The notes beneath the pieces are model-generated. The model did no database searches, was not told where the DNA came from, and saw only the letters and a list, made by a program, of their open reading frames with translations. 64,000 bases of DNA from Candidatus Limnocylindria bacterium (GTDB lineage Bacteria > Chloroflexota > Limnocylindria > P2-11E), in contig DASYUY010000125.1 in the NCBI GenBank assembly GCA_036000705.1, positions 1,048 to 65,047 on the forward strand, given 5' to 3'. Shown here piece after piece: positions 35,158 to 44,025 of this stretch; the stretch's first letter is position 1, and each line of letters starts with the position of its first letter. Position numbers and translations under genes: made by a program.

Positions 35158-36471
35158 ATGCGCATCCGCGCGCTTCCCCTGCTCCTCGTCGTGGCGTTCG
35201 TCGCCTCCGCCTGCGGTCTGCTGCCCGCGGATCTGCAGCACGAGCTGCTTCCGTCGCAGACCCAGTACAAGACGGCTGAGGCGGCGTATTCCGTCCTCGT
35301 CGAGCGTCACATCGACAAACCCACACCGCAGCAGCTGATCCCCGGCGCGCTCGACGGGGTCACGAAATACCTGAAAGACGCCCAAATCGACGCCGTTCCG
35401 AACGTCGACCGGCCGACCCTGACCGGCAGCGTGTGGTCCGACTTCGCGAAGTTCACGGCCTCGCTCGACGCCGTCGCGCAACGCTACCCGACCGCGGACA
35501 AGGCGCTCATGGAGCGCGCCGCGGTCGACGGAATGGCCCGCGCGATGAACGAGTGCCACACCTATTACCTCGACCCGAATCGCGCGAAGGGCTTCAATCA
35601 GCGGCCCGCTCCGACGACCGGGATCGGTGTGCAGATCTTTCAGCCCGATCCGAATCAGCCGATCGAGGTCATCGACGTCATCGAGAACACGCCCGCGGAA
35701 CGCGCGGGTGTGAAGAAGGGCGACAAGATCATCCGCGTCAACGGCGAGGATGTCGCCAAGCTCACGACCGACGAGGTCGCGAACCGCGTGCGCGGTCCCG
35801 AAGGCTCGCAGGTGACGGTGACCTTCCTCCGCGGCTCGCAGGAGGTCGAGTTCACGATCACGCGCGCTCGGTTCCAGAGCCCGCTCGTCGTCTCGCGCAT
35901 GGAAAGCGATTCCATCGGGTACCTCTCCGCGAAGCAGCTCATCTCGTCGGTCGCCGAAGACATGGCGGCTGCGGCGCGAAGCCTTTCGGCGCAGGGCGCG
36001 ACCGCGTGGATCCTCGACCTGCGTGACGATCCGGGCGGCGAGCTCACGGTCGCGGTCAACGTCGCGAGCCTCTTCATCCAGCGCGGCACGCTGGTGTACC
36101 AGATCGGACGAGACGGCCAGCGCACAGCCGTGGACGCCAACCCCAGCAAGTACCTCGGCCTGAACAAACCACTGGTCGTCCTGGTCAACAAGAACTCGGC
36201 CTCAGGCTCCGAGATCATCGCCGCCGGCATCCGCGCCAACGGCGCCGGCACGGTCATGGGGGCCCAGACGGCTGGCTGTGTGGGTACCGGACAGCCACGC
36301 GAGCTCCCCGACGGCGGCCTCCTCCTCGTGACGCTGACGAAGATGCAGGACGCGAAGACGGGCGCGGATCTGAACGGCCCGGGCAAGGGCGTCGTGCCCG
36401 ACCGGATCGTCACCGACCCCGCGGACCAGCAGCTTCTGGCCGCGATCACCTTCTTGCGGGGCCACGTCTAG
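35158..36471 (+). CDS. S41-family carboxy-terminal-processing-type peptidase with PDZ domain, lipoprotein
   Basis: Lipobox 'FVASAC'. PDZ 'GIGVQIF...IEVIDVIENTPAERAGVKKGDKIIRVNG'. 'DLRDDPGGEL' and 'LVNKNSASGSEIIAAG'. Confidence 0.85.
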   Translation: MRIRALPLLLVVAFVASACGLLPADLQHELLPSQTQYKTAEAAYSVLVERHIDKPTPQQLIPGALDGVTKYLKDAQIDAVPNVDRPTLTGSVWSDFAKFTASLDAVAQRYPTADKALMERAAVDGMARAMNECHTYYLDPNRAKGFNQRPAPTTGIGVQIFQPDPNQPIEVIDVIENTPAERAGVKKGDKIIRVNGEDVAKLTTDEVANRVRGPEGSQVTVTFLRGSQEVEFTITRARFQSPLVVSRMESDSIGYLSAKQLISSVAEDMAAAARSLSAQGATAWILDLRDDPGGELTVAVNVASLFIQRGTLVYQIGRDGQRTAVDANPSKYLGLNKPLVVLVNKNSASGSEIIAAGIRANGAGTVMGAQTAGCVGTGQPRELPDGGLLLVTLTKMQDAKTGADLNGPGKGVVPDRIVTDPADQQLLAAITFLRGHV

Positions 36472-37439
36472 CTCTGCAGTCCGAGCGCGACGAGTCCGCC
36501 GACGAGCACCACGACGCCGACGTATTGATTCGGCGCGAGCCGCTCACGCAAGACCGAGATCGCGAGCAGCGCCGGGATGAGCGGGTAGGCGCCGCTCCCG
36601 GTCATGACGAACGACGCGAAGCCGGCCGCGATCCCGAGCGCGAGGAGCACGTTCGCCCCGGTGTCCAGCACGCCGGTCGCCGCGACGAGGGCGAGGGCGC
36701 GCCGCTCCGCGAGCGGCCGCAGCGAGATGCCGCGCGCGATCACGAAGAGCGCGAGCAGCACGACGCTGAACGCGCGCTGCACGACGATGAGCGCCAGCCC
36801 ATCGGTCGCGCGGATGCCGGCGGCGAAGATCGCGCTCCACACCGCGAAGCCGAGCGTCGCGAAGAACCCGATGCGCACGCCCTCGCCAGGACGACCGAGC
36901 GTCTGCCGGAGCGCGCGGATGTCCGTCGACGCGACCGCGACGCCGACGAAGGTGACTCCGATCGCGACGGCCTGACCTCCGGTGAGGCGTTCGCCGAGGA
37001 AGATGACGATGAGCACGACGGTGAGCGCGGCGTAGCTGGCGACGACCGGGCTCACGACCGCGATGGGTCCGATGGCGAACGCGCGATAGAGCGCCGCGAG
37101 AGAGACGATGCCGATCACCGAGAGCGCGAGCGCGTACGGCACTTGCTCCCATTCGAACGTCGGCCATCGACCGAGCCCCGCGAGCGTGACCGCGTACGCC
37201 GCGAGCCCGACGCTCTGCATGCCGATAGACGTGAGCACCACGCCGACGCGACGTGTCGCCATCGCGGCCGCGTAGTCGCCGAAGCCGAACGCGACGGCCG
37301 CGCCGACGCCGTAGAGAAGAGCTTCTATCGGTCGATCGCCGCGAAGACCGCGCCTAGACCACGAGCTGGCGCGGGGCGCGCGTGAGATTCCGCGAGCCGG
37401 TCTCGGTGATGACGAGCATGTCCTCCAGACGCACGCCAC
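36468..37439 (-). CDS. EamA/DMT-family transporter
   Basis: Ten hydrophobic segments with an EamA-like duplication. The only in-frame start that preserves helix 1 is the GTG at 37439, which gives an 86-nt overlap with the upstream gene, so the start is uncertain. Confidence 0.75.
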   Translation of the reverse strand: MACVWRTCSSSPRPARGISRAPRASSWSRRGLRGDRPIEALLYGVGAAVAFGFGDYAAAMATRRVGVVLTSIGMQSVGLAAYAVTLAGLGRWPTFEWEQVPYALALSVIGIVSLAALYRAFAIGPIAVVSPVVASYAALTVVLIVIFLGERLTGGQAVAIGVTFVGVAVASTDIRALRQTLGRPGEGVRIGFFATLGFAVWSAIFAAGIRATDGLALIVVQRAFSVVLLALFVIARGISLRPLAERRALALVAATGVLDTGANVLLALGIAAGFASFVMTGSGAYPLIPALLAISVLRERLAPNQYVGVVVLVGGLVALGLQS

Positions 37440-38535
37440 CGAGCTCCGGCAGGTAGATCCCCGGCTCGATCGTCACGACATCGCCGAGCACGAGCTCGGC
37501 GGTGCCCGTCGGTCCGACCGTCGGCATCTCGTGGATCTCCAGGCCCACGCCGTGACCGGTGCCGTGGATGAAGCCGCGCGGCGGCCCGCCGTTCTTGGAG
37601 CGCTGCTGGCCGGGGCGGAGCGTGTCGTAGCCCGCCTCGAAGATGATGTCCTCGACCAGCTCGTGCACCTCGCGGCCGGTCACGCCGGGCCGCAGCGCGG
37701 CGATGCCGGCATCCTGCGCGCGCTTGGTGATCTCGTAGAGCTTCGCGATCTCTGCCGGTGGCTCACCCTTGGAGACCGTGCGCGTCATATCGGCGAAATA
37801 CCGGGTGGCCTTGTGCTGCGGGAAGATGTCCATGACGATCGCCTCGCGAGCGCGGAGGGGGCCCGCGCCGATCATGTGCGGGTCGGCGGCCTGTTTCCCG
37901 GGAGCGATGATCGCGCCCTCCGAGCCGCAGCCCAGCTCGAGCAGCCGGGACTCAACGATCGCGCGCAGACGCTCCGCTGTGAACGGCTCGGCATCGAGCT
38001 CGAGCGTGCCGTCCTTCCGCACGGTCGAGCGTTTCAGCGCGTCGACGCCGCGCGCCCAGGCGTCCTCTGTCGCGCGCTGCGTCGCCTCGAGCGCGACGAT
38101 CTCGTCCGGACGCTTCGCGCGACGGCGCTCGCTGAGGTCACGGTCGACGACGATCTCGGTGTCGGCGGCACGCAGCCACTCGGCCATGCCGAGCGGGAAG
38201 TACGGCCCGACGGCGACGCGCCGCACTCCGCGCGACGCGAGGAACCGCTTGATCACCTCGGCGTCCAGCTCCTCGCGCGTCGTCGCCGTCCTCCCGATCT
38301 CCTTCGCGCCGAAGTCGTCGATGCTGAGGACCTCACGCGCTCGCGATTCCTTGCGCGCGCGACCCTGCTCGAGCGGCCTGGCGACGATGACGACGTCGCC
38401 GTTCTCCTCGAGCGCGATGATCGGATCGGGGGCGAGGAAGCGGGTCACGTGATAGACGTCCGGGAATCTGTAGCCATCGGCGTAGAAGAGCACGGGAGTG
38501 GGCCGCTGGTCGTCCCGAGGGGTCATCGTCGCCAA
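37354..38535 (-). CDS. M24-family Xaa-Pro peptidase
   Basis: 'HGTGHGVGLEIHE', 'EPGIY' and 'GGVRLEDMLVIT' are canonical M24B metal-binding motifs. Confidence 0.9.
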   Translation of the reverse strand: MATMTPRDDQRPTPVLFYADGYRFPDVYHVTRFLAPDPIIALEENGDVVIVARPLEQGRARKESRAREVLSIDDFGAKEIGRTATTREELDAEVIKRFLASRGVRRVAVGPYFPLGMAEWLRAADTEIVVDRDLSERRRAKRPDEIVALEATQRATEDAWARGVDALKRSTVRKDGTLELDAEPFTAERLRAIVESRLLELGCGSEGAIIAPGKQAADPHMIGAGPLRAREAIVMDIFPQHKATRYFADMTRTVSKGEPPAEIAKLYEITKRAQDAGIAALRPGVTGREVHELVEDIIFEAGYDTLRPGQQRSKNGGPPRGFIHGTGHGVGLEIHEMPTVGPTGTAELVLGDVVTIEPGIYLPELGGVRLEDMLVITETGSRNLTRAPRQLVV

Positions 38536-38555
38536 ATCTAGGGCGTCCGGAACGG

Positions 38556-39431
38556 CTACGCGGGCGCCGCCTCCTCGAGCGGCGTCTCCGGTTTGAAGCG
38601 CAGCGTCGCGACGCGTACGCCGACCAGGATGATCGCGCCGCCCACGATCGCCAGAGGCGCGGGATGCTCACCGAGGATCGCGACCGCCTGGACGAGCGCG
38701 AAGATCGGGACGAGGTAGCTCACCATCGACGCGAGGCCCGCGCCGAAGCGGCGTACGGCCCAGTAGAACAGCACGAACCCGACCGTCGTCGCGAAGACGA
38801 CGAGATACCCGATGTCGAGCCACGCGCCGAGCGGCCAGGACGGAACGTCGGCGTAGCCGTTCTCGAGGAAGCCGAGCGGAACGCACATCGCCGAACCCGC
38901 CAGGCAGGCGACCGCGGTCACGCCCAGTGGCGAGCCGTGTCGTGTCGTGATGGCGCCGAGGATCGAGTACACGCTCCAGCACGCCGCACCGCCGAGCATG
39001 AGAAGGTCGCCGGCGAGCCGCTCGCCGGTGAAGGTCAGCCCGGTCGCGGCGGCGATGACGAGCACCGCGCCGACCGTCGCGATCGCGAGACCCACGAGCT
39101 TGTTCGCTGTGAGACGCTCGCCGATGAACGAGGCGAAGATCACCGTGAGCACGGGATTGATCGTGGGCACGATCAGGGCGCCGTCGGACGCGGGCGTGAA
39201 CGTGAGCGCGGAGAAGACGAGCGCGTTGTAACCGAAGACGCCGAAGGCTCCCGCGAGGATGACCAGGGGAAGCCTGGACAGACCCAGCGAGGCGTTGGTG
39301 GCACGCGCGATCGCGAGCATGAGAGCGCCGGCGAGAGCGAAGCGGATCGTCGAGAGCTCGAGGGGCGGGACGGCGGCGACGCCAAGCTTCCCGAAGGTCC
39401 AGCTGCCGCTCCAGCACAGGGCGACGGTCAC
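38556..39431 (-). CDS. EamA/DMT-family transporter (second)
   Basis: A GTG at 39431 gives 291 aa. 'ALCWSGSWTFGKL' and 'LSTIRFALAG' are EamA-like. The longer ORF to 39881 overlaps the M50 gene and is rejected. Confidence 0.78.
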   Translation of the reverse strand: MTVALCWSGSWTFGKLGVAAVPPLELSTIRFALAGALMLAIARATNASLGLSRLPLVILAGAFGVFGYNALVFSALTFTPASDGALIVPTINPVLTVIFASFIGERLTANKLVGLAIATVGAVLVIAAATGLTFTGERLAGDLLMLGGAACWSVYSILGAITTRHGSPLGVTAVACLAGSAMCVPLGFLENGYADVPSWPLGAWLDIGYLVVFATTVGFVLFYWAVRRFGAGLASMVSYLVPIFALVQAVAILGEHPAPLAIVGGAIILVGVRVATLRFKPETPLEEAAPA

Positions 39432-39504
39432 GTACGCGGCGAGGGTGAGGAGCGGCTGCCTCGTCGTGATCGCGCGATCGTATCGCGCCGCCCGCGCGGG
39501 CCGG

Positions 39505-40527
39505 CTAACGAGCGTGCGTGAGGAGTGGCCGCACCACGGCGCCGGCGCCGCGAGCGAGCTCCTCGAGCTGCTCGCGAGAGAGGTCCGCGTCTCGCCGGCG
39601 CGCACGCGTGAGTGCCGCGAGCCCAGCAACCGCACGCTGCCGGCCTTCGAGCGTGCGGCCTTCGGCACACAGGACCGCGGCTTCGGCGCGGGCGCGCAAG
39701 TAGTCGACGACGTTCCACCCACCTGCGCGGCCAAGCCATGCTCGCGCGGCGCGCGCGTCACCGCGATGCCGAGCGGCGTAGTACGCCGCCTCGTTGAACA
39801 GGATCGCGTCGGCCGCGGTCCAGTTCTCCGTGCGGAGGGTGAGGGCGGCATCGAGGTGTCGGCCCGCCGCCTCGATCTCACCGCGATCCAGCGCGGCCTC
39901 GTACAGACAGAGCCGGGCGAACGGATCGTTGGGTGAGCGCTCCATCACGTCGAGCAGGGCCCGGTCCCAGTCGCGCGGCCGCCGGCCGGAGAACGCCTCT
40001 CCGAGCATGAGCGTTGCCACGAGGATCTCGGAGCACTCGCGACCGCGAAGGAGCAGCGCGAACAGCCGCCTTCCGTCGGCAAGCACCTGTCCTTCGCGGA
40101 CCGGGAGAAGATTGACCGCTCCGAGGATCAACGAGCATTGCCCGATGACCTCGAGGACGGATTGCGGAACGGAAGGCCGCCCGCCGCTCATGATCCAGGA
40201 CACGATCGCACCGAATGCGATCCCCGCGAGAGGTCCGGCGGCAGTGCTGATGATCAGCCCCCAACGAAGCGGTCCCACCGGCGCATCGCGTTCCCGGGGG
40301 ATCAGCACAACGCCCGCCTGGAGCGACCGTACGAACCGCACACGCGGGCGAACGTAGTCACGGATCTCGAGCGGACCGAGCATCACGCACGCGATGCGGA
40401 GCCCTGCCACGTAGCCGGCGACGGTGTGCCCAAGCTCGTGCACGAGCACGGACACGACCAGGCCGACGAGCACGAGGCCGGCCGACAGCATCAGGCCGAG
40501 CGCGATCGCAAGCGTGTGTTGGTCCAT
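39505..40527 (-). CDS. M50-family (site-2-protease-like) membrane metallopeptidase with a soluble helical-repeat C-terminus
   Basis: 'LVHELGHTVAG' HExxH lies in a TM helix and there is a second motif, 'AVNLLPVREGQVLADG'. The C-terminal roughly 170 aa is TPR-like. Confidence 0.75.
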   Translation of the reverse strand: MDQHTLAIALGLMLSAGLVLVGLVVSVLVHELGHTVAGYVAGLRIACVMLGPLEIRDYVRPRVRFVRSLQAGVVLIPRERDAPVGPLRWGLIISTAAGPLAGIAFGAIVSWIMSGGRPSVPQSVLEVIGQCSLILGAVNLLPVREGQVLADGRRLFALLLRGRECSEILVATLMLGEAFSGRRPRDWDRALLDVMERSPNDPFARLCLYEAALDRGEIEAAGRHLDAALTLRTENWTAADAILFNEAAYYAARHRGDARAARAWLGRAGGWNVVDYLRARAEAAVLCAEGRTLEGRQRAVAGLAALTRARRRDADLSREQLEELARGAGAVVRPLLTHAR

Positions 40528-40575
40528 CGCCGAAATGCTGTGCGAACGCGCGGCCGCCGCGGTGGCAGGACGCGA

Positions 40576-42057
40576 TCAACCGCGCCGGCGCAGCAACGAC
40601 AGACCCTTTCCGCTGGCGATCTCGTCGAAGCCCAGCTTCTCGATCGCATCGACCTCGGCGAGGTGCTTCGCGAGATCGCGGTTCACGCTCGGTGCCGCGT
40701 AGTCGAGGATGACGTACTGGGCGTCGCAGACGTCGAGGCCCACGAGGTTGTAGTTGAAGCGCCGCTGTGGGATCTGCGTGGTGAAGAAATCGCGCGACGA
40801 CACGGCGGCATCCGGAGGGATCGCGCGCACGGCGCCAAGGAATGGCCCGTAGCGCGACTCGCGCGCGACGATCGGCTCTCCGGACGGGGTTCGGTCGGGT
40901 TCGCCGCGCAGGAACGCGTCGGCGAAGTTGATGGAGAGGGGCGTGCCGCCGAACGTGAACGCGAGGAACAGCGTGGCAACGACGACGCCGCGCGTCGCGC
41001 GCCGGCGCCAGCGATCGCTCAGAGCAGCGACGCCGAGGATCGACGCGCCCAGCGCGAGCGGGATGAGCGGTGCCCCGTACTGGTTGTGGAGCGTGTGCTC
41101 GCCGCCGTAGTCCGACAGCATCAGGTACCCGAGGGGCGGTAGCGAAGGGATGAGGGCCCACTTCGACCGCAGCGCGAGGCCCAGACCGGGTCCGAAGAGG
41201 CTGAGGATGAAGACCACCTTCGAGCCCACCTCGCCTTTGAGGAGCACCGCGAGCGCCCGGAGTGGATCGAACAACAGCGTGCGCGCGATCTCGAGCTCGT
41301 CGCGGCCGAGGCTCGCGTAACGACCCAGGTACTGGTACGGCGCGCCGGCGGCGAACGCGGGGATGATCAGCTTCAGGGTGACGGCGAACGCGACGATGCT
41401 GCCCGCGACCACGACCGCGCTCGCACCCCAGCGGCGCTGGAACGCGAGCGCGACGCCGAAGCCGAGCCCGATGAGCGCGACTTCCTCCTTCGCGAGCAGG
41501 GCGAGAACGAGGCACGCGATCATCGGAAGGGTCCGCCGCGTCACGAGGAAGTACATGGCGAAGCCGAGCGGTGCCACCGCGAGGGTGATCTCGTGGAAGT
41601 CGTAGAGGGCGATGAACGAGAGCGGAGCGCTCAGCAGGTACGCCGCGACCCACACCAGGCGCTGCTCGCTGGTCGGCAGGACATGGCGCGCCAGCAGATA
41701 GATCGGCCACACGCCGAGCGCGAGCGCGATCGTCTGGACCACGATGAGCGTCTCGGGGCCGGGGACGACGAGGTAGAGCGGCACGATCAGCAGCAGGGCC
41801 GGCGAGAAGTGGTCGCCAAAGAACGAGTGCGGCTCGCAGCGCGCGAGGCTGAGCGTCGACTCCATGAAGCGCCCGTGGATCGTGTTCCAGAGCACCTGGT
41901 CGAACACCGCGAGGTCCGACGCGGTCGAGTGGAACGTCCAGTGCCGCACCAGGGCCAGCGCGCCGAACAGGACCGTTGCCGTCAAGGCCGCGGCGAGCGC
42001 GATCCGTCCCTCGTGGCGGGCATCGAGAAGGGGTGCCGAGCGCCGCCCCGCCACCAC
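40576..42057 (-). CDS. DUF2079-family polytopic membrane protein
   Basis: 'HSTASDLAVFDQVLWNTIHGRFMEST...CEPHSFFGDHFSPALLL' is the characteristic DUF2079 N-terminal motif. About 12 TM helices. Confidence 0.8.
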   Translation of the reverse strand: MVAGRRSAPLLDARHEGRIALAAALTATVLFGALALVRHWTFHSTASDLAVFDQVLWNTIHGRFMESTLSLARCEPHSFFGDHFSPALLLIVPLYLVVPGPETLIVVQTIALALGVWPIYLLARHVLPTSEQRLVWVAAYLLSAPLSFIALYDFHEITLAVAPLGFAMYFLVTRRTLPMIACLVLALLAKEEVALIGLGFGVALAFQRRWGASAVVVAGSIVAFAVTLKLIIPAFAAGAPYQYLGRYASLGRDELEIARTLLFDPLRALAVLLKGEVGSKVVFILSLFGPGLGLALRSKWALIPSLPPLGYLMLSDYGGEHTLHNQYGAPLIPLALGASILGVAALSDRWRRRATRGVVVATLFLAFTFGGTPLSINFADAFLRGEPDRTPSGEPIVARESRYGPFLGAVRAIPPDAAVSSRDFFTTQIPQRRFNYNLVGLDVCDAQYVILDYAAPSVNRDLAKHLAEVDAIEKLGFDEIASGKGLSLLRRRG

Positions 42058-42067
42058 GCCGGGAAAA

Positions 42068-42370
42068 CTAGCCCATCGGATTCGCGACGCCTTCGAAGAA
42101 CGCGATCCGGGCGTGCGAGTTGGCCTGGCGGATCGGCCGTAGCGGCTTGTACTCGGGCGAGTCGTACCACTCGCGGGCGCGCGCGAGCGAGGGGAACTCG
42201 AGGATCACCGTACGCGGGCCCGGCCATTCGCCTTCGCGCAGCTCCATCGTGCCGCCGCGCACGAGATAGCGGCCTCCGTATTTCGCGATCGTCGCCGGCA
42301 CCTGCCGCGAATATTCCGCATAGCCCTCCGCGTTGATCACCTCGACGATCGCGATCACATAGCCGGCCAT
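42068..42370 (-). CDS. DUF1330-domain protein
   Basis: ATG at 42370. 'GYVIAIVEVINAEGYAEY...IAKYGGRYLVRGG' and 'ILEFPSLARAREWYDSPEYKPL' match the DUF1330 pattern. Confidence 0.8.
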   Translation of the reverse strand: MAGYVIAIVEVINAEGYAEYSRQVPATIAKYGGRYLVRGGTMELREGEWPGPRTVILEFPSLARAREWYDSPEYKPLRPIRQANSHARIAFFEGVANPMG

Positions 42371-42392
42371 GTACGACCTCCCGTGCGAACGA

Positions 42393-44000
42393 CTATGACG
42401 GACCCGGCAGGACACCGGCGTCGACGACCGTCTTGATCGCGACCGTGATCGCGGTCAGGACGATGGCCGAGGCGACCATGATCGCCGGACGCTGCGTCGG
42501 TCCGGGCGTGTCGGTGCCCTCCGAGCGCTCGCCCTCGGCGTCGTGCCAGCGCACGAACACCAGCCAGGTGACGACGATGTAGAACGCGGACATGAGCGCG
42601 AGCCAGAAGCCGGTGCCCAGGATCCGCGCCCCGAACGGCTCCGCGAGATCGAGCCACCGGAGATGCTCGTCGATGAACGTCACCGCACCGCCGACCACCG
42701 GGACGGACGCGAGCCAGGCCCAGAGGTGCTCGCCGTCGGCGCGCAGGCGGTCGAGCGGCCGCAGCCGCGCGAGCATCGCGGCCCCGAAAGCGACCATGGC
42801 GAAGAGCCGCCAACCGACGAGCGCGAGCACGCGGTCGCGATGCCGCCGTTGCCAGCCGAGCGCCGCCTTCTCGCCTGGCCAGAAACGCGATCGGGTGTGG
42901 TCCGCCGGCGAATCGACCTCCTGAGCGAGCCGCGACAGGAATTCCTCACGGTTCGCGATGTAGCTGCCGTGATCCAGAAGTACGTTCATACGATTGGTGA
43001 CCTCGATGTTCTGGGGCGCACGCAGCGGCTCGGGCGGGATCACCGGTCCTCCGACGACCGGGTCGTACGCGGCCCACAGGTTGAGCCACCGCATGTGTTC
43101 GGGCAGCGGCTCGTCGATCCGGCACGAGCGCGCAGGCGCGACGTGCGGGTCCCAGGCGTTGTTCAGGGCCGCGCCGAACGTGATGAGCGTCTTGACGCGG
43201 TCGACGTCCTTCACGATCCCGGAGCTGAGCGCGTCGTACGCGACGACCGTGCCGTGCGAGTGCGCCGCGACGAGCACGCGATCGCATTTGAGCTCTTCCA
43301 GCAGGAAGGCGATCGCGAACGGCACGCTGCGCCGGATGTGCACCGCCTGGATGTCGTCATAGAGGAAGGTGTAGAAGTCGCCGATCTGCTCGATGAGGAA
43401 CGTGCGGAGTCCGAGCACCAGCCGCTCGAACGGCCCGGGCAGCTGCGCGAGGACGAACAGCGCTCCAATGAACGGCAGCAGCGCGGCCAGCGCGAGCATG
43501 TAGCCGGTCAGCAGAAAGACGCCGGAGACGCGGACGATGAGCCCCTTCAGGAACGAGCGCTCGTCGTGCGCGACGCGGGCCATGCCGTCGTCGACGTTGC
43601 GGCTCAGGCGCACGAGGACGCGCGCGGTGACGCGCACGCTCCACTTGATCATCGTCACGAAGTCCGGCGCCGCCAGGCGCGCGGCCCACCACGCCTCCGC
43701 GAGGACCCAGGTCTGCGATGGATGACCTTCGCTCGCGGGGATCTGCAGCGAGAAGCGCGCCGGTCCGGCGGTGCGCTCGCCGTAGCTCAGGTCCGATGTC
43801 GCGACGCACAGGTCGAGGCCTCTCGCTTTGTGCCACTCCTGGAGCCAGTCGAGAAGCGCGCCGCCGAACTCGCGGACCGTCGCGGTCTCCGGCTGCTGGC
43901 CGATCCCGTGAATGAAGACGACCCCGACCCGCTCTTCGGGTGCGCCGCGACGCAGGGCATGGTCCTCGACCGCGCGTTGGACGCGGGAGTCGACGGTCAC
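42393..44000 (-). CDS. Polytopic membrane protein with an alpha/beta-hydrolase-like (serine esterase/lipase-like) domain, hypothetical
   Basis: 'VGVVFIHGIG' (oxyanion-type HG), 'VLVAAHSHGTVVAY' (nucleophile-elbow-like) and 'LLDHGSY'. A hydrophobic hairpin sits between the first two motifs and about four TM helices lie at the C-terminus. Confidence 0.62.
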   Translation of the reverse strand: MTVDSRVQRAVEDHALRRGAPEERVGVVFIHGIGQQPETATVREFGGALLDWLQEWHKARGLDLCVATSDLSYGERTAGPARFSLQIPASEGHPSQTWVLAEAWWAARLAAPDFVTMIKWSVRVTARVLVRLSRNVDDGMARVAHDERSFLKGLIVRVSGVFLLTGYMLALAALLPFIGALFVLAQLPGPFERLVLGLRTFLIEQIGDFYTFLYDDIQAVHIRRSVPFAIAFLLEELKCDRVLVAAHSHGTVVAYDALSSGIVKDVDRVKTLITFGAALNNAWDPHVAPARSCRIDEPLPEHMRWLNLWAAYDPVVGGPVIPPEPLRAPQNIEVTNRMNVLLDHGSYIANREEFLSRLAQEVDSPADHTRSRFWPGEKAALGWQRRHRDRVLALVGWRLFAMVAFGAAMLARLRPLDRLRADGEHLWAWLASVPVVGGAVTFIDEHLRWLDLAEPFGARILGTGFWLALMSAFYIVVTWLVFVRWHDAEGERSEGTDTPGPTQRPAIMVASAIVLTAITVAIKTVVDAGVLPGPS

Positions 44001-44025
44001 GTCGCAGCCGCCTTCATGACCGTCG

